Notes: generated from the sequence alone by a model not told the origin. Shown: positions 1 through 12,648, numbered from the stretch's first letter. The stretch: 64,000 nucleotides of DNA from Octopus vulgaris (GCA_951406725.2 OX597816.1:147932001-147996000), one strand, 5' to 3'. A program made the numbers and translations.

Positions 1-180
1 CCTTTCCTCAATCCTCTCAGCATCCACTACCACGCAGCCTCTTCCAACAATGCAAATAGACAAATGAAAACTTCCTGACCCGACTTCTTCAAGATGGAGA
101 GTGGGGTTATCCCCATGTTGGACTTCGCCGATAACTAGATTCCACCTACACAAAACAATAGCTCTTCAGCATAACTCCAC
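1..180 (-). mobile_element. Tx1/L1-like non-LTR retrotransposon, degenerate ORF2 C-terminal fragment (runs off the window edge)
   Basis: The minus strand reads WSYAEELLFCVGGI*LSAKSNMGITPLSILKKSGQEVFICLFALLEEAAW*WMLRGLRK. This resembles the region after the zinc knuckle in Tx1 ORF2 and overlaps a segment deleted in the copy at 513-1325. Confidence 0.5.
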
Positions 181-512
181 AATGACAATGTGGCAAGAAT
201 GATCCATTGGGAGCTGTGGAAATCACGGCCTACAAAGAGCAAAGGCATGGTATGAGAAAACCCCAGAAGTCACCAAAAGGAGAACTACCAAATCCCGTGG
301 GATGTAATGATCCAGTGCGATCTCCTGACTAAACATAGGAAACTGGACATTGTTGTGGCGAATAAAAAAGAAAGAATATGTATGATAATTGACGTCGCAT
401 GCCCCGGTGACAACAGGATCAATGTGAAAGAAGAAACTATAAGCAACTATGACGATATAAAGTGGGAAACATGAAGGCTGTGGTCAATGGAAACAGTAGA
501 CGTGATACCAAC
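178..512 (+). mobile_element. Restriction-like endonuclease (RLE) domain fossil of an R4/Dong-like non-LTR retrotransposon
   Basis: With frameshifts it reads HNDNVARMIHWEL...WYEKTPE...WDVMIQCDLLTKHRKLDIVVANKKERICMIIDVACPGDNRINVKEE...Y...E..RLWSMETVDVIP. This is the RHD / PD..D / E.K..Y layout of RLE domains. Confidence 0.8.
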
Positions 513-2280
513 TTACAGACGAATATTCAGAGTAGACCTATTCACATAAGCCATTTTCGCAACATTCACCCACCTTTCAACAAAATTACTGGTGGGGAGC
601 AGTACCTCCCTCGCTACCCTCACTTTCCTTTTCAAGTGGAACTTGAAAAAGTCGATGAGGGCTCGACCGAAGAGGAATGTGTCTGCCTTGAGTCGTTTCA
701 GACTCGGCTAATAACTAAATCCGTCCTACACCTGACAACAGCTCCTTAGGTCAGTAATGCAAGGATACTGGACGAATGCATGCAGGACTGTTCCAACGGC
801 CTGCGCACACCTCAAAGAGGTCTGTCTGACAGCACTTCTGTGTCTGCAGAGCTTCTCTCGGATCGGTAGAGTTCCCCGGTAGCACTGTCAGGCCTGAGAT
901 TTCTAGAAGTTATCCATAGGCTGTGGCCCGAAAGCCCTCCGGGAAACACCAGTTAGCTGATCACTCTTGACGCCCAGAGTTTCTCCGACTAAGTCGTCAC
1001 TCATTCTCTCCCCTGATCCTCTATAAAAGTCTATGGTGGAACTTCCACCGACTGCGTTTCCCGACAGGCGGAAGACCGTGCGGGCTTGCCGACATTCAAA
1101 GTACCAGGCACCTTTTTTGGTCTAGGTTTGACCCAGGACTGTAACTTCATCCATGAGAGGAGCTGTGGAAAATCCTGTTTGAGGAACGGTGACATACCTG
1201 CTCACTTTGAGGAAACGGTGGTAGACTCGTAGCCTCAGTGCATGTCTGCGCATCATTACCCAAGGCATCCTCAGTCTTCCAATCAGCGAATGTTGACAAC
1301 AGATAGAAAGTGGAAGAACAAGCTTATTTTGCAGTGTTTATGTTCGATGTGCTGGGGGTTTCTGTTTACAGGTGTTGCTGTAGATTCGTCAGCCTTCTTT
1401 TTCCTTTGTCTTTTACGTCTTTTGCACTGTTAAGTTCTTCATCTTCTCTATGGGGTGAGGATGGACTACTGTCTGTAGGATCTGTTTCTGGGAGTGTGAG
1501 AGTATCTGTGGTAGTGTGAGCGTGTTGGTGTGAGTGTATTCTTGCGAGAGAAGGTGATGGGGCTTGTTTGACAGATACTCTGGGTGGTTTTCTCCATTCT
1601 GTGGGGTTCACATGCCTCTGTTGTTATCGGAAAGGAGGCTACCGTTTTATTAAAAGGTCTCTGTTGTTGCCGTTGTTAGAAGTGCGCTGTAGGCTGCATC
1701 TGTGGTCGCGTACCACCCAACAGTTTGCGGCAGAAGGCTCTAAGATGGTTGTAGCCCCACAGCTGTCACATCTGGGCTTCCTGCCTTCCAACAAAACCCG
1801 CAGTTCCATCCCGTTGGGCGGCTGGATCAGGTCCGGGATCTTCTCAATATTTTCTGGCTTCACATACATTAATATTTTCGAGTTGATCCCGCACCAGTTT
1901 TCCCTCCTGCTTCTTTTTGCCTCCAGGAGTGACTCTGGGCCATGCAGCGCACATGCGGCAATTTACTGGACATTTACGCCCGCCATTTACCCTAATTCTG
2001 GTCGTTCTCTTTGAGAGGTAGTTGGTATACAGTACCAACTCCTCAGTCCACCGGGGTAAAACTGCGTGTCATCGTCCGAGGTCCTCACTTTTACACAGGA
2101 CCTCAATGCTGACAAACTGCCTCCTTCTCTGTATATGAGCAACTTCTATTCAAATTTCTGATGGAGGTTATTTCAGCTCTTCTACTTTTGCGCGATACGT
2201 ATCTAAAATATACGCACTTTTTCTCTTATGCTTCTATTATTTCGGGAGGTCTTTCGCTTTTGAGAGTTCACTTGTTTTGT
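513..2280 (-). mobile_element. Internally deleted, degenerate Tx1/L1-like element (ORF1 joined to the ORF2 C-terminus)
   Basis: ORF1 part: IPDLIQPPNGMELRVLLEGRKPRCDSCGAT.HLRAFC (CCHC knuckle with a 1-nt frameshift). ORF2 part (~1325-513): ICCQHSLIGRLRMPW (GGLGMP-like), QCYRGTLPIREKL, LRCAQAVGTVLHAFVQYP (zf-RVT-like), FFKFHLKRKVRV...FVERWVNVAKM. No APE or RT domain lies between them. Confidence 0.75.
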
Positions 2281-2640
2281 CATCGAGTGCGATGGCAAAC
2301 AATTCTCCCTTTGTGTTTGCTACATTATTTTTATTATTGTTTTTGTTATCGCTGTCGTCATCGTTGATTTTGTTGTTGCCGTTGTTGTTGTTACTGCTGC
2401 TGATGCTGCTGATGCTGATGCTGATGGTGGCGGTGATATTGTGGCCCCTTCCACCTTTGTCACTCTCACCACCACCGTCATGCTATTCCCCGCCACTCTG
2501 CCTTCAATTGTAGGATTATTTTTCCCGCTAAAATCCATAGCATTGTTCACGAAACTGCCGTCTCTGCGACTACTGTCACTGCCACCGTGGCTGCTGTTGC
2601 TGTTTCTTGCGTTGTTGTTGCCGGCACCGTTGCTGCTGTC

Positions 2641-2745
2641 ACTGCTGACACTGCTGCTATCGCTGCTGACACTGCTGCTTTCGCTGCTGACACTGCTGCT
2701 TTCGCTGCTGACACTGCTGCTTTCGCTGCTGCTACTGCTGCTGTC
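2641..2745. repeat. 21-bp minisatellite (GCTGCTGACACTGCTGCTTTC, ~4-5 copies) within GCT/GTT-rich low-complexity DNA
   Basis: Tandem units are directly visible. Confidence 0.9.
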
Positions 2746-2769
2746 ACCTCTCCCGCTGTCGCAGTTACA

Positions 2770-2845
2770 AGGGCCTACACACAGAGGGGACAAAAAAAGG
2801 ACAGCCAAACCGATTACGTCGATTATATCGACCCCAGTGCGTAAC
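2770..2845 (-). mobile_element. 3' fragment of SINE family A
   Basis: Matches 10300-10375 (acacagaggggaca...cgattatatcgaccccagtgcgtaac). Confidence 0.75.
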
Positions 2846-3323
<478 letters not shown>

Positions 3324-4225
3324 TAGTTTACCAATAGCAATAGTTTACCACAGCAATAGTTTACCACAGAGGCATGATGTACTTTTGGAACAAGTGGTTC
3401 ACAATCGATTATATGGATCCAGTCTCTATTGATGTTTATTATATCGACGCCGGGAAGGATGAATGATAAAGTCGACCTCAGTATTATTGCAACACACACT
3501 ATCGCAGGGGCAAAGCAAAATACTAATTGCCAGCTGGCTTCGCGTGTGTCTTGTTTCGACTACTTGTAATATATTAGAAAATATTACCGAAAATTACATT
3601 ATAGACTTCATCAAGTTGAAAGGGAATTTATGGTCGGAAGATGAAAGTAAAGCGAATCAGTTTTAAAACAATAGTTCGTGTATGTCATAGGAAAAGCACG
3701 ATAATAATGAGACAGCTAGTGATCGAAATGAAATTCTGTTTGCAGCCGATTCACGAGGGAAATCATATGAACAGAATAAGGCCTGGATAAAAGACAATAT
3801 ACCAGTAAAAGGTCTCTGAGAAAATCTTTAATCTTAATCTACGATTAATGGAATATATATATTTCAAATATAATCCATTCAGGAAAACAAAGCTTTGACG
3901 GACGAAAAGTATACATGATTTAAGTCACAAACACAGCATATGGTGCGCACACGCACATAAAAAGACTACAAACGTGAAGTAAATGTCTATTCTCTATCTG
4001 CTATTGGTTTCTTATCTTTATATAAGCTCACGTTTATACATGTAATATTTACAACTGATATCATCACGTAATTGAAGAGTGAGATTTTGCTTCCTGTGTA
4101 CTACTACAAAAGCAAGAATGTTCAATACACTACTGCCCTTAAAACTGGAATTAGCAGAAGTCAGAGTGAATTAGCATGTAAATGATTTAACCAATTAAAA
4201 GCGATATATCAATCTACAACTGTTT

Positions 4226-4282
<57 letters not shown>

Positions 4283-4881
4283 TAGGTAGGTAAGTAGATG
4301 AAATAAGTAGTTAGGACTGTTTGTGTGTGTGAGTGTGCGTGTGTGTGTGTGTGTTTGTGTGAGTGAATGCATGTGTGTATGTACGTATTTATGTAAATAT
4401 ATACATATACGTATGTATGCATTTATGCTCGACTTATGTAAAGAGAGAGGAAGAGTAAGTGAAGGCTAGGAGACAGATACAAACAGATAGGTATAGTGAG
4501 AGAAAAAGGTGTAGATATGCATGGGATTTAGCTAGTTACGTCGAGGTTTAAATCTTTGCGCTCTTTACTGATCTCGTTCTTTAAATTAATTGTAGGTTAA
4601 TGAATGATTCCCTCGAAATTATCACCCTCAATCTGACTCAGCTCACCACCGCCATCAACTTTGCTGCTTTCTTGTCCATCAATTTTCTTCATTATCCAAA
4701 CCATCTGTTTTCTGAACATGAATCGATTCTCATTGCACATCCTCTCACTCCAAACACTCCAAATCTTCCATCCCCTACTTACAATTGCAACAGTGGCCGG
4801 TCTCTTTAGTTATAGTCATGGTATTGGAACTCAGTTGCTCCTAATATCACTTCAGTTCCTGCGTCTGTTATCCCTACACTA

Positions 4882-5102
4882 TTATTATTCTTTTCTGCTC
4901 TAGGCAGAAGGTCCGAAATTTTGGGGGAGGGGACCAGTCGATAGATCGACCCCAGTACGCAACTGGTACTTAATTTATCGACCCCGAAAAGATGAAAGGC
5001 AATGGTGACCTTGGCGGAATTTGAACTCAGAACGTAAAGACAGACGAAATACCGTTAAGCATTTCACCCACAGTGCTTACGTTTCTGCCAGCTCTCCGCC
5101 TT
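4882..5102 (-). mobile_element. SINE family A (tRNA-like head, Deu/Nin-like central domain) with a target-site duplication
   Basis: Head AAGGCGGAGAGCTGGCAGAAACG, B-box-like GAGTTCAAATTCC, core CCTTTCATCTTTTCGGGGTCGATAAATTAAGTACCAG. Flanked by TACACT(A/G)TTATTAT at 4875 and 5103. Confidence 0.85.
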
Positions 5103-5639
5103 TACACTGTTATTATTACTAGCCGACTCCACTTGCCTAACGTTGACCACATCGCAGAATACAAGACTCTCCCTTGTTAAATCTTTTGTTTTGCCCTGTC
5201 GATTTGTAGTGGATGGAGATTCTAATACCCGTCTTAAAATATCGGAAAGGTAAAATATGTCCACTTCGTCTAATGAACGGCTAACAAAACAAAATAATAT
5301 AGAGCTGAGAGAAAATTTTACTAAATAAAAGTTTCGTCCGAGTATGCTGATTGCTACATATTCATTCCATCGTATACTGTTCAATAACTTGTATAACTAT
5401 ATATACATACATACACACAGTCATACACACACACATACACACATACAAATACATACACACACATGCACACACAAACATACGCATTTATATATAAACTAAT
5501 GTCACAAGAATTAACTTTATAAAACATTCGTGTGAAATCATAGTTAACATATTCAAGAACACTTGTATCTGTTGCTGTTTTTGAAAATTTTGTCTCCAAC
5601 ACCAGTTTCTGGAATACTTAAAATATGTGCTGTTTATTT

Positions 5640-6300
5640 TTTTTCTTGGTCATTTTTTCGCTTTTAATATCCCTAAAGTACATAAAATATAGACATGCAT
5701 AAAATGACAGCTTCCAAATCTTATTTTCTGAAGGGTAAAAATTATCAAAAGTCAAACCTCTGTAGCATTTTTAAATCATTCTTCTGGAACAAGTGAATTA
5801 TGCTCTGAGGTTCAGCATGAAAACGTACATCAACACACCAAATTTGAAAATGTTTAATTAACTTTAAAATTTCAAAAATTACTGCCAAACAGAAAAGATC
5901 TCTAATTGCTAGATGACATATGTCCCAAGACACTTGCTCGTGTCGCAGATAAGACAGCTCACTAATGTTGAGATATTGTACTGCTTGGATTCCCACCTTT
6001 GACAGGCATCTCTGCAGAGGCGGTCTCCAGTGCACTAGATCACACGCGAAACAGCTTACCACTAGCTCCACCACTACCTCACTATGACCTTTACGGCAAC
6101 CAACAACAACATTTTAGGGGACTGCTGTAGCTATCTGATTCCTCTGAAAAAGTGGGGGTCACTGCCCGTTCAGCTATAAAGATGACAGGATCTACATAAA
6201 CTCACATTTCGAAACCGTTCATTTCTGATGATGTGCCTCTGTGCCTGAAACATGTAAAGGTTACTCAACTTTCATTTTTCACATTATTAGAAGCTTTCCT
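5640..6300 (+). mobile_element. Penelope-like element 3' remnant (decayed GIY-YIG C-terminus plus pseudo-LTR with a minimal hammerhead motif)
   Basis: KSNLCSIFK and SELCSEVQHENV resemble Penelope 'CNLC..EK' and 'SELVSKCRHENK'. CTGATGA...GAAACATGTA lies at 6225-6256. Confidence 0.55.
6220..6260 (+). ncRNA. Minimal type-I hammerhead ribozyme-like motif (degenerate)
   Basis: CTGATGA-tgtgcctctgtgcct-GAAA-CAT-GTA, with palindromic stem III ACATGT as in Penelope hammerheads. Stems I and II pair poorly. Confidence 0.5.
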
Positions 6301-7805
6301 TCGTTATTTATTATCATACACACACGTACACATATGTGTGTATCTGTATATGTATGTATGTATGTATGTGTGTGTGTATCTATATATGTATGTATCAGTG
6401 TGATGCTGTTTCGTACATCCACTACTACATGTTTATTACGAGTGATATATGAATGCAGTATAAATCAATGATCGCTGTTATTCTATATATTGCATTAAAA
6501 CATTCTTGATGTTTAGTTAATAGTTTTCAATACAACGTTTAAAGCAATACTGACAGCGAAAATGGAAATAACAGCAAGCTTCTCTTATGCATGTAAAGGA
6601 ACCAATAATATTTATAAAGATAATCATAAGCATAGGGAATCCGTCCATGCTATACAATCGAAGATGTTATCTAGGAATGTAGTTAATATCAAATAACATA
6701 AGCTTTGTGCAGTAAATTGCTTTGTTTAGATCGAACGAAGAAAATGCTACTCAAATGTAGAAACCTATCGTAGCCTTTGAATTGCATGCTGCACGAAATT
6801 CAGCGCAGCCAAGACAAAGGTTATATCTACCGGTATATTGTCCTTTGAGAGAGATCCCGGTCGTACTCAGTGATGAGACTCTGGAAGAGATTTGTTAATT
6901 TAAGTATAGTGATTCTACCTTCACTATCACTATGCAGGGCAAAGGTGGGAAACTTGTCTGCATCAAAATGTGACAAAATCAAAACAACTTTAAAGGTGTA
7001 TATTAGTAACTTATTTTTTACAGTATTGTTAATAATATATGAACTGACAATATGGTGTTTTATAGTGATTCATTCATATCTCGAAGTTGTTCCTTATCGA
7101 GAAGAACTACAGTTATCCACCCCATCTTTGTTTTCAAGCAAAGAGTTTGTAAGACTATATAATACAATGTATGCTTCTATTTTTAATTAGGATATAAGAG
7201 CGCGGTAGCTATTATATCAAACAGATCTAATGACCAAATAAATGTTTTTTTGTTGGCTAATTAATATTGATTACTTGACATTTACTCTAATAAATACGTT
7301 TTAGAGAAAGAGGTACCTAGAGAAATAGATACTGACTTGAATCCGTTCAACGTGAACTGATTCTATAAATAATTAGTTATATAGTAATACATATCATAAG
7401 AAGATTAAACTAAGTGATATTTTTGTTATGAGTGAGACTAACATGTGTCACACAAGTACATACGTTGTATTGAAGGCTTCGAGTTCATTGAAGTTGTCAC
7501 TCTATCTATTTAGATTGCAGAAGAAATTCTTTGTAATTTTGTTCAAGGTGCTGTCATTGTAGTGTAACATTAAAAAAGGATTGGATTGGATTAGAGTTAA
7601 ACTTTCATATTTATTATTGTTTGTCAGAAAGTTGCTTCACCCCTATATTCAACTCAACAATAACCGTGATTTCGTGGTTGAATTGAATGGTTAGATTTTT
7701 GGCTGTCATAAACGTAGCAGTCGAATGCCAGTCAAAACACAGTGAACGCACACACGCACACACATATAAACATATATGTATGTGTGTGTATGTGTGTGGG
7801 GGGTG

Positions 7806-8140
7806 TACGACGTCTAAGAGACCATAAGTTAGGGAAAAATGCACTCGTATACATGTCGGCAGGGTGGGTATATTAATCGAAATGTACAGTATTATTTATC
7901 CATTACGGCCGATCTTACCAATCTGTTTCGCACTAAGTGTTCAACGGAGTTCTAGGTAACAGTCTGATTATGTAACCCGGCGCTCTTCAGAAGTAGCCAT
8001 TTTGGAATGAAATAGTGCGACTGCTCTCTATTGCTGGAGGTTAAAAGTCATCCGGTTTGTAGTTGCTGTGAAAAAGGTGATAGAACGAATCGACAGGGGT
8101 TTAAGTTAAGAGTTATGTCCCTTGGTATCAAAACATCGTC
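7806..8140 (+). mobile_element. Possible decayed mariner-derived element
   Basis: Begins TACGA and contains a stretch reminiscent of a mariner transposase start (..KVIRFVVA..). The signal is weak. Confidence 0.3.
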
Positions 8141-8494
8141 TAGATTACAATGAATGTACACACTTCAGATATACACCCTCACAACCATATACCCTACTTG
8201 AGATATAACAGGAATATAAATATCACGACTTCATGAAGATACATACGGAGAGGATGTAGATATTCTTGGTCCTCTTCAGAGCTAGTTCATCGTAATGAAG
8301 AAGACAGATCATAGATCTTCCAACGGTGCCATCGCTTCTTCTGTCATACACTGCATCTGGATTACATTGTCCAACTTATATTTTTATTTTAATCAGTGAG
8401 TGTTTGGCTGTCATATTTACCAGGACTATTTCATAGACGATCTCTCATTTGATGTTATTCAGGCGGAGTAGGTGAGCATAATGAGAGAGAATAT

Positions 8495-8940
8495 ATATTA
8501 TTTTCAAATGTGGACACACGGCCAACAAATGTTGGGGAGGGTGCATGTCAATTACATCGACTCCAGTGTTGAACTGGCATTTGTTAGAAACGTTAGCACG
8601 CCGGGCAAAATGCATAGCCGTATTTCGTCTGCCGTTACGTTCTGAGTTCAAATTCCGCCGAGGTCGACTTTGCCTTTCATCCTTTCAGGGTCGATTAAAT
8701 AAGTACCAGTTACGCACTGGGATCGAAGTAATCGACTTAATCCGTTTGTCTGTCCTTGTTTGTCCCCTCTGTGTTTAGCCCCTTGTGGGTAGTAAAGAAA
8801 TTATTTGTTCTATTGATCACGAAAGTACGAGAGGCAAAGTCGAGTCGGGCAATATTTGAACTCAGAACGTAAATTTGGAAGAAATGCCGCTAAGCATTTT
8901 GTCTGGCGTAGTAACAATTCTACCAGCACACCGCCTTAAG
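8495..8940. mobile_element. SINE family A cluster: a + copy (~8585-8800) nested in or adjacent to a - copy (8495-8580 plus 8800-8940)
   Basis: GTTCTGAGTTCAAATTCCGCCGAGGTCGACTTTGCCTTTCATCC on +, and TTTGAACTCAGAACGTA...CCAGCACACCGCCTT for the - copy. Confidence 0.85.
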
Positions 8941-9039
8941 AGAGAATAAATAAGAAACGGTTAATCAACCACTACATTACAATCAATATCAGCGACCAAA
9001 CTAATCTCAATGCTACTCAAATGAATATAGTCTACACAC

Positions 9040-9132
<93 letters not shown>

Positions 9133-10095
9133 TTAGCGTATCAATATAATAATATATCCATATACCAAATAAAAAATCAGCAAATTACATTGTAAAACAA
9201 CCGGAAGGATAATTTAAACGCAGAAAGTAATAGTTATTAACACACAGAGTTATTAATACATGGGGAAAACGTTAAATTCTTCTTAGTTACCATTAAAAAA
9301 AATGGTATCTCTATAATGACGGTCGATCCAAAGTTATATTAGCTAGATCACTCAAGTTATATAATGACAATATAAGCATGTTAATTAAAGAATTATATGT
9401 TCTCTATCTAGTTGAAGCGAGTGTACACACACAGATGCAGACACACACACACACAGATCCATGCATATATATATATATATATATACATCAAGAGAGAGAG
9501 AGAGAGAGAGAGAGAGAGCTCTGAGATGTAAAAATCTAATATATAAAGTAACATGAAACTAACTTTTGACTCGTAAGTATAAAGGTAATAAATAGGTGCT
9601 ATAGCTTCTGGGAGAAAAATACAGATCTCTGATGTATGTGTCACACAAGGGAACGTGTTTATAAGTCTATGCATCAAAATTTCTTAGTTTAACTTTCTTG
9701 TTGCTATAAACACTTTCCTGTCCTTCCTCTCTTTACGACTGCAATAAATATTCAGACAAGAAGATAAAGATTTAGATTCTGCAGCATATAATGTGTTGCT
9801 TTTACTCGACAGAGGAGGGATTCCGACGTAAAACAGAATCCGGTTCAGATGACATGTGTTATGTGGATTACATTAAATAAGCTGCATAGCTCAACGTTGG
9901 AGATTATCAAAGATTTGTTCCGTTTCTTATTGTAATTGTTGTCAGTACATCGCCACATCTTAGTTTTCAATGGAGCTTAAATGAATTCATGTGTCGTCGT
10001 TATCTCTAAAGTAATATGCAGTAAATCTATTGAAGGAGTAAATATTTGGATATTTAAGGTGTTTACTACTGCATGTAAAAAAGTAACTTGACGCC

Positions 10096-10238
10096 TCTTA
10101 CGGCCATAATCATCGAAGTTAAGTAACGTAGAAGTTAGTACTTATTAGGGTAACCGGTTGGGCAACCTGGGTGTTGTAAGCATCTCACTTTTTCAAGATG
10201 GTGCCTCAGCATGGCTGCAGTCTAATGACTGAAACAAG
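10096..10238 (+). mobile_element. 5S rRNA-derived SINE (SINE3-like): internally deleted 5S head plus LINE-type 3' tail
   Basis: CTTACGGCCATA...CGAAGTTAAGTAACGT...GTTAGTACTT..AGGGTAACCG.TTGGG.A..TGGGTGTTGTAAGCAT follows metazoan 5S, with helix I CTTAC/GTAAG. It is followed by GGTGCCTCAGCATGGCTGCAGTCTAATGACTGAAACAAG, the tail shared with SINE family B and the LINE at 44904-45993. Confidence 0.8.
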
Positions 10239-10279
10239 GGAAATGCATCGAGCGGATAGCAGTAGGTTTGATAGTTATA

Positions 10280-10514
10280 CATATTTCTTTACTACCCACA
10301 AGGGGATAAATACACAGGGGACAAACAAGGACAGACAAACAGATTAGGTCGATTACATCGACCCCAGTGCGTAACTGGTACTTAATTTATCGACCCCGAA
10401 AGGACCAAGGCAAAGTCGACCTCGGCGGAATTTGAACTCAGAACGCAATGACAGACGAAATACTGCTAAGCATTTCGCCCGGCGTGCTAATGTTTCTGCC
10501 AGCTCGACGCCTTA
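10280..10514 (-). mobile_element. SINE family A, full length, 13-bp TSD
   Basis: Family A sequence flanked by TTTGATAGTTATA at 10267-10279 and 10515-10527. Confidence 0.9.
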
Positions 10515-11089
10515 TTTGATAGTTATATAATGAGTTCACAGTCGCTAACGGAATCTCTTTAGCTCTTAACGGAATCTCTTTAGCAAAGATGAAATGTGTG
10601 TGTACAAGTGTGCCTGGTATAGAATAAAAGAATATACTTCATAAATTATACAGAAAAAGGCGTTAACAAAAGAAAGAGAAAAGAAAACAACGAAGTTTCA
10701 AGAGTGAAAAGTGAGGTGGGAAGATGGGATGTGTTACGATCGAGGTTCGCCTAGAAAACGTAAAACGAGTATACACAAGCAGACATACACACGCAATAGT
10801 AAAATGAAATAGCCAAATACTTCACCAACCTTTGACTAAACTCAATATGGTTTTAAACGATTGCGAGAGCACCATAATACATTTAGTAGAGTTCGCTAGC
10901 TATAGCTGGGAGCTATCACAGATAAAAATTACAGGACAAGACGATAACAATATAAATGTTTGCAGTAAAACAGAAGCGAAATGAGTGAATTGTCTTCCGA
11001 CTATGAACGGAACAAACAAAAAAATTATAAATAGTATAACAACTGAGACAAGAGTATAAGGGAAGTTGAGGCAAGGAGGTAAATAAATA

Positions 11090-11283
11090 TTGGAAAGTTT
11101 TTTTGATTAGAAGAAAGTAACAGAAAACAACCGAAGAGTTATCTGTCGAAGATGGAAAAACGGAATAAATGGAATAAGAGAGGAAGTGAAACAGGAAGTG
11201 AAGAGAAATGAACGTATTTCTGGAGGGAAACAAACCAAGCAAAAAGTAAAAGACGATAATAGAAAGCGAACTAGCGAGCCAGA
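11090..11283 (+). repeat. ~190-bp direct repeat, copy 1 (copy 2 at 12465-12648)
   Basis: Both copies share AAGTAACAGAAAACAAC.GAAGAGTTA, GTGAAACAGGAAGTGAAGAGAAATGAACGTATTTCTGGAGGGAAACAAA and AAAAGACGATAAT.GAAAGCGAAC.AGCGAG. Confidence 0.9.
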
Positions 11284-11718
11284 GAGAAGGGGGAGAGAGA
11301 GAGGGGGAGGTGTATATGTGAATGTATGTTTGTATGTGTGAATGAATGCGTGTGTATATTTGTGTCTAAAATTATTTAAGAGATACCGGCACGTGTAGTT
11401 TAATTAACTCTGCATCAGAAAATATTTCTGATATTACCCTGATAACTTGAATGTCCATCTAGCAATAAAATATTTGATATACGACTAATGAAGCATGATT
11501 AAACCTCGATTGCCAAAATGCTTGGTATGATTTCGCAATCAAAATGTTCATAAATTCAGCAATATTAGGAATAAATTATTTGGATTTATCAATTAGCGTA
11601 CAAAGAAAAGTAATGTAACATACAACATAGGAATTAGTTAATACTTTACAAGTAAATGTATTTAATGTCGTAATGGTACATACACACACAGATACACTCA
11701 AAAGTGTGTGTGTGTGTG

Positions 11719-11801
<83 letters not shown>

Positions 11802-12259
11802 GTTATTGAGGAAGATTACTCGGAGACAAAATCTATACAATGTATTGTTGTATTTCAATATTGTGATTCTCTTATAATTAATTTAGCAAGATCGGGCAAG
11901 GTTAGAGTACAGTCAGTATTGCCTAGCGAGCGTATATGACTTGATAACATGTATGATATTTTCAAAGTAATTTGGCCCATTTTCGCCTTGGCTCCGCAAA
12001 GCATTTAGTTTTTTGATTGTCGGAAGTATAGCTGGTATTCATTATATCTGAGTAAATACACATAACAGGAAAGAAAGTGCCTTACACAAGGACCCGACAT
12101 TTTGCCTGATTTAAGGACTGCACTCACAAATTATGAACATAAGCCAACCACCCCCTTTATAACTAGGGTTACCACGCGTATTATTTGATTATAATATAAT
12201 TGTATGTACATGTGTTACTTACTTCTAATCAAACAAACTTTTCAACATACACATACATA

Positions 12260-12299
<40 letters not shown>

Positions 12300-12312
12300 C
12301 ATTATATATATT

Positions 12313-12385
12313 TACATTATATACACAGAGCGAGAGATATTACATGTTATATGTAACATGTAATATCTCTCGCTCTGTGTATATA

Positions 12386-12390
<5 letters not shown>
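12313..12390. repeat. Perfect 37-bp inverted repeat with a 4-nt loop
   Basis: TACATTATATACACAGAGCGAGAGATATTACATGTTA-tatg-TAACATGTAATATCTCTCGCTCTGTGTATATAATGTA. Confidence 0.95.
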
Positions 12391-12463
<73 letters not shown>

Positions 12464-12464
12464 T

Positions 12465-12648
12465 GAAAAGTTTGTTTGATTAGAAGTAAGTAACAGAAAA
12501 CAACTGAAGAGTTACGCTGTAGAAGATAGAAAAACGGAATAAGAAAAGGAGTGAAACAGGAAGTGAAGAGAAATGAACGTATTTCTGGAGGGAAACAAAA
12601 CAAGCAAGAAGAAAAAGACGATAATGGAAAGCGAACCAGCGAGTCAGA
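12465..12648 (+). repeat. ~190-bp direct repeat, copy 2
   Basis: Aligns by eye to 11090-11283. Confidence 0.9.

Noticed and set aside
6870-7190. 106-aa ORF with possible splice signals (7024-7148)
   Set aside because: There is no recognisable domain or compatible neighbouring exon, and the signals are within chance expectation.
10096-10183. Functional 5S rRNA gene
   Set aside because: It has an internal deletion of about 30 nt, many substitutions, no tandem array, and is fused to a retroposon tail.
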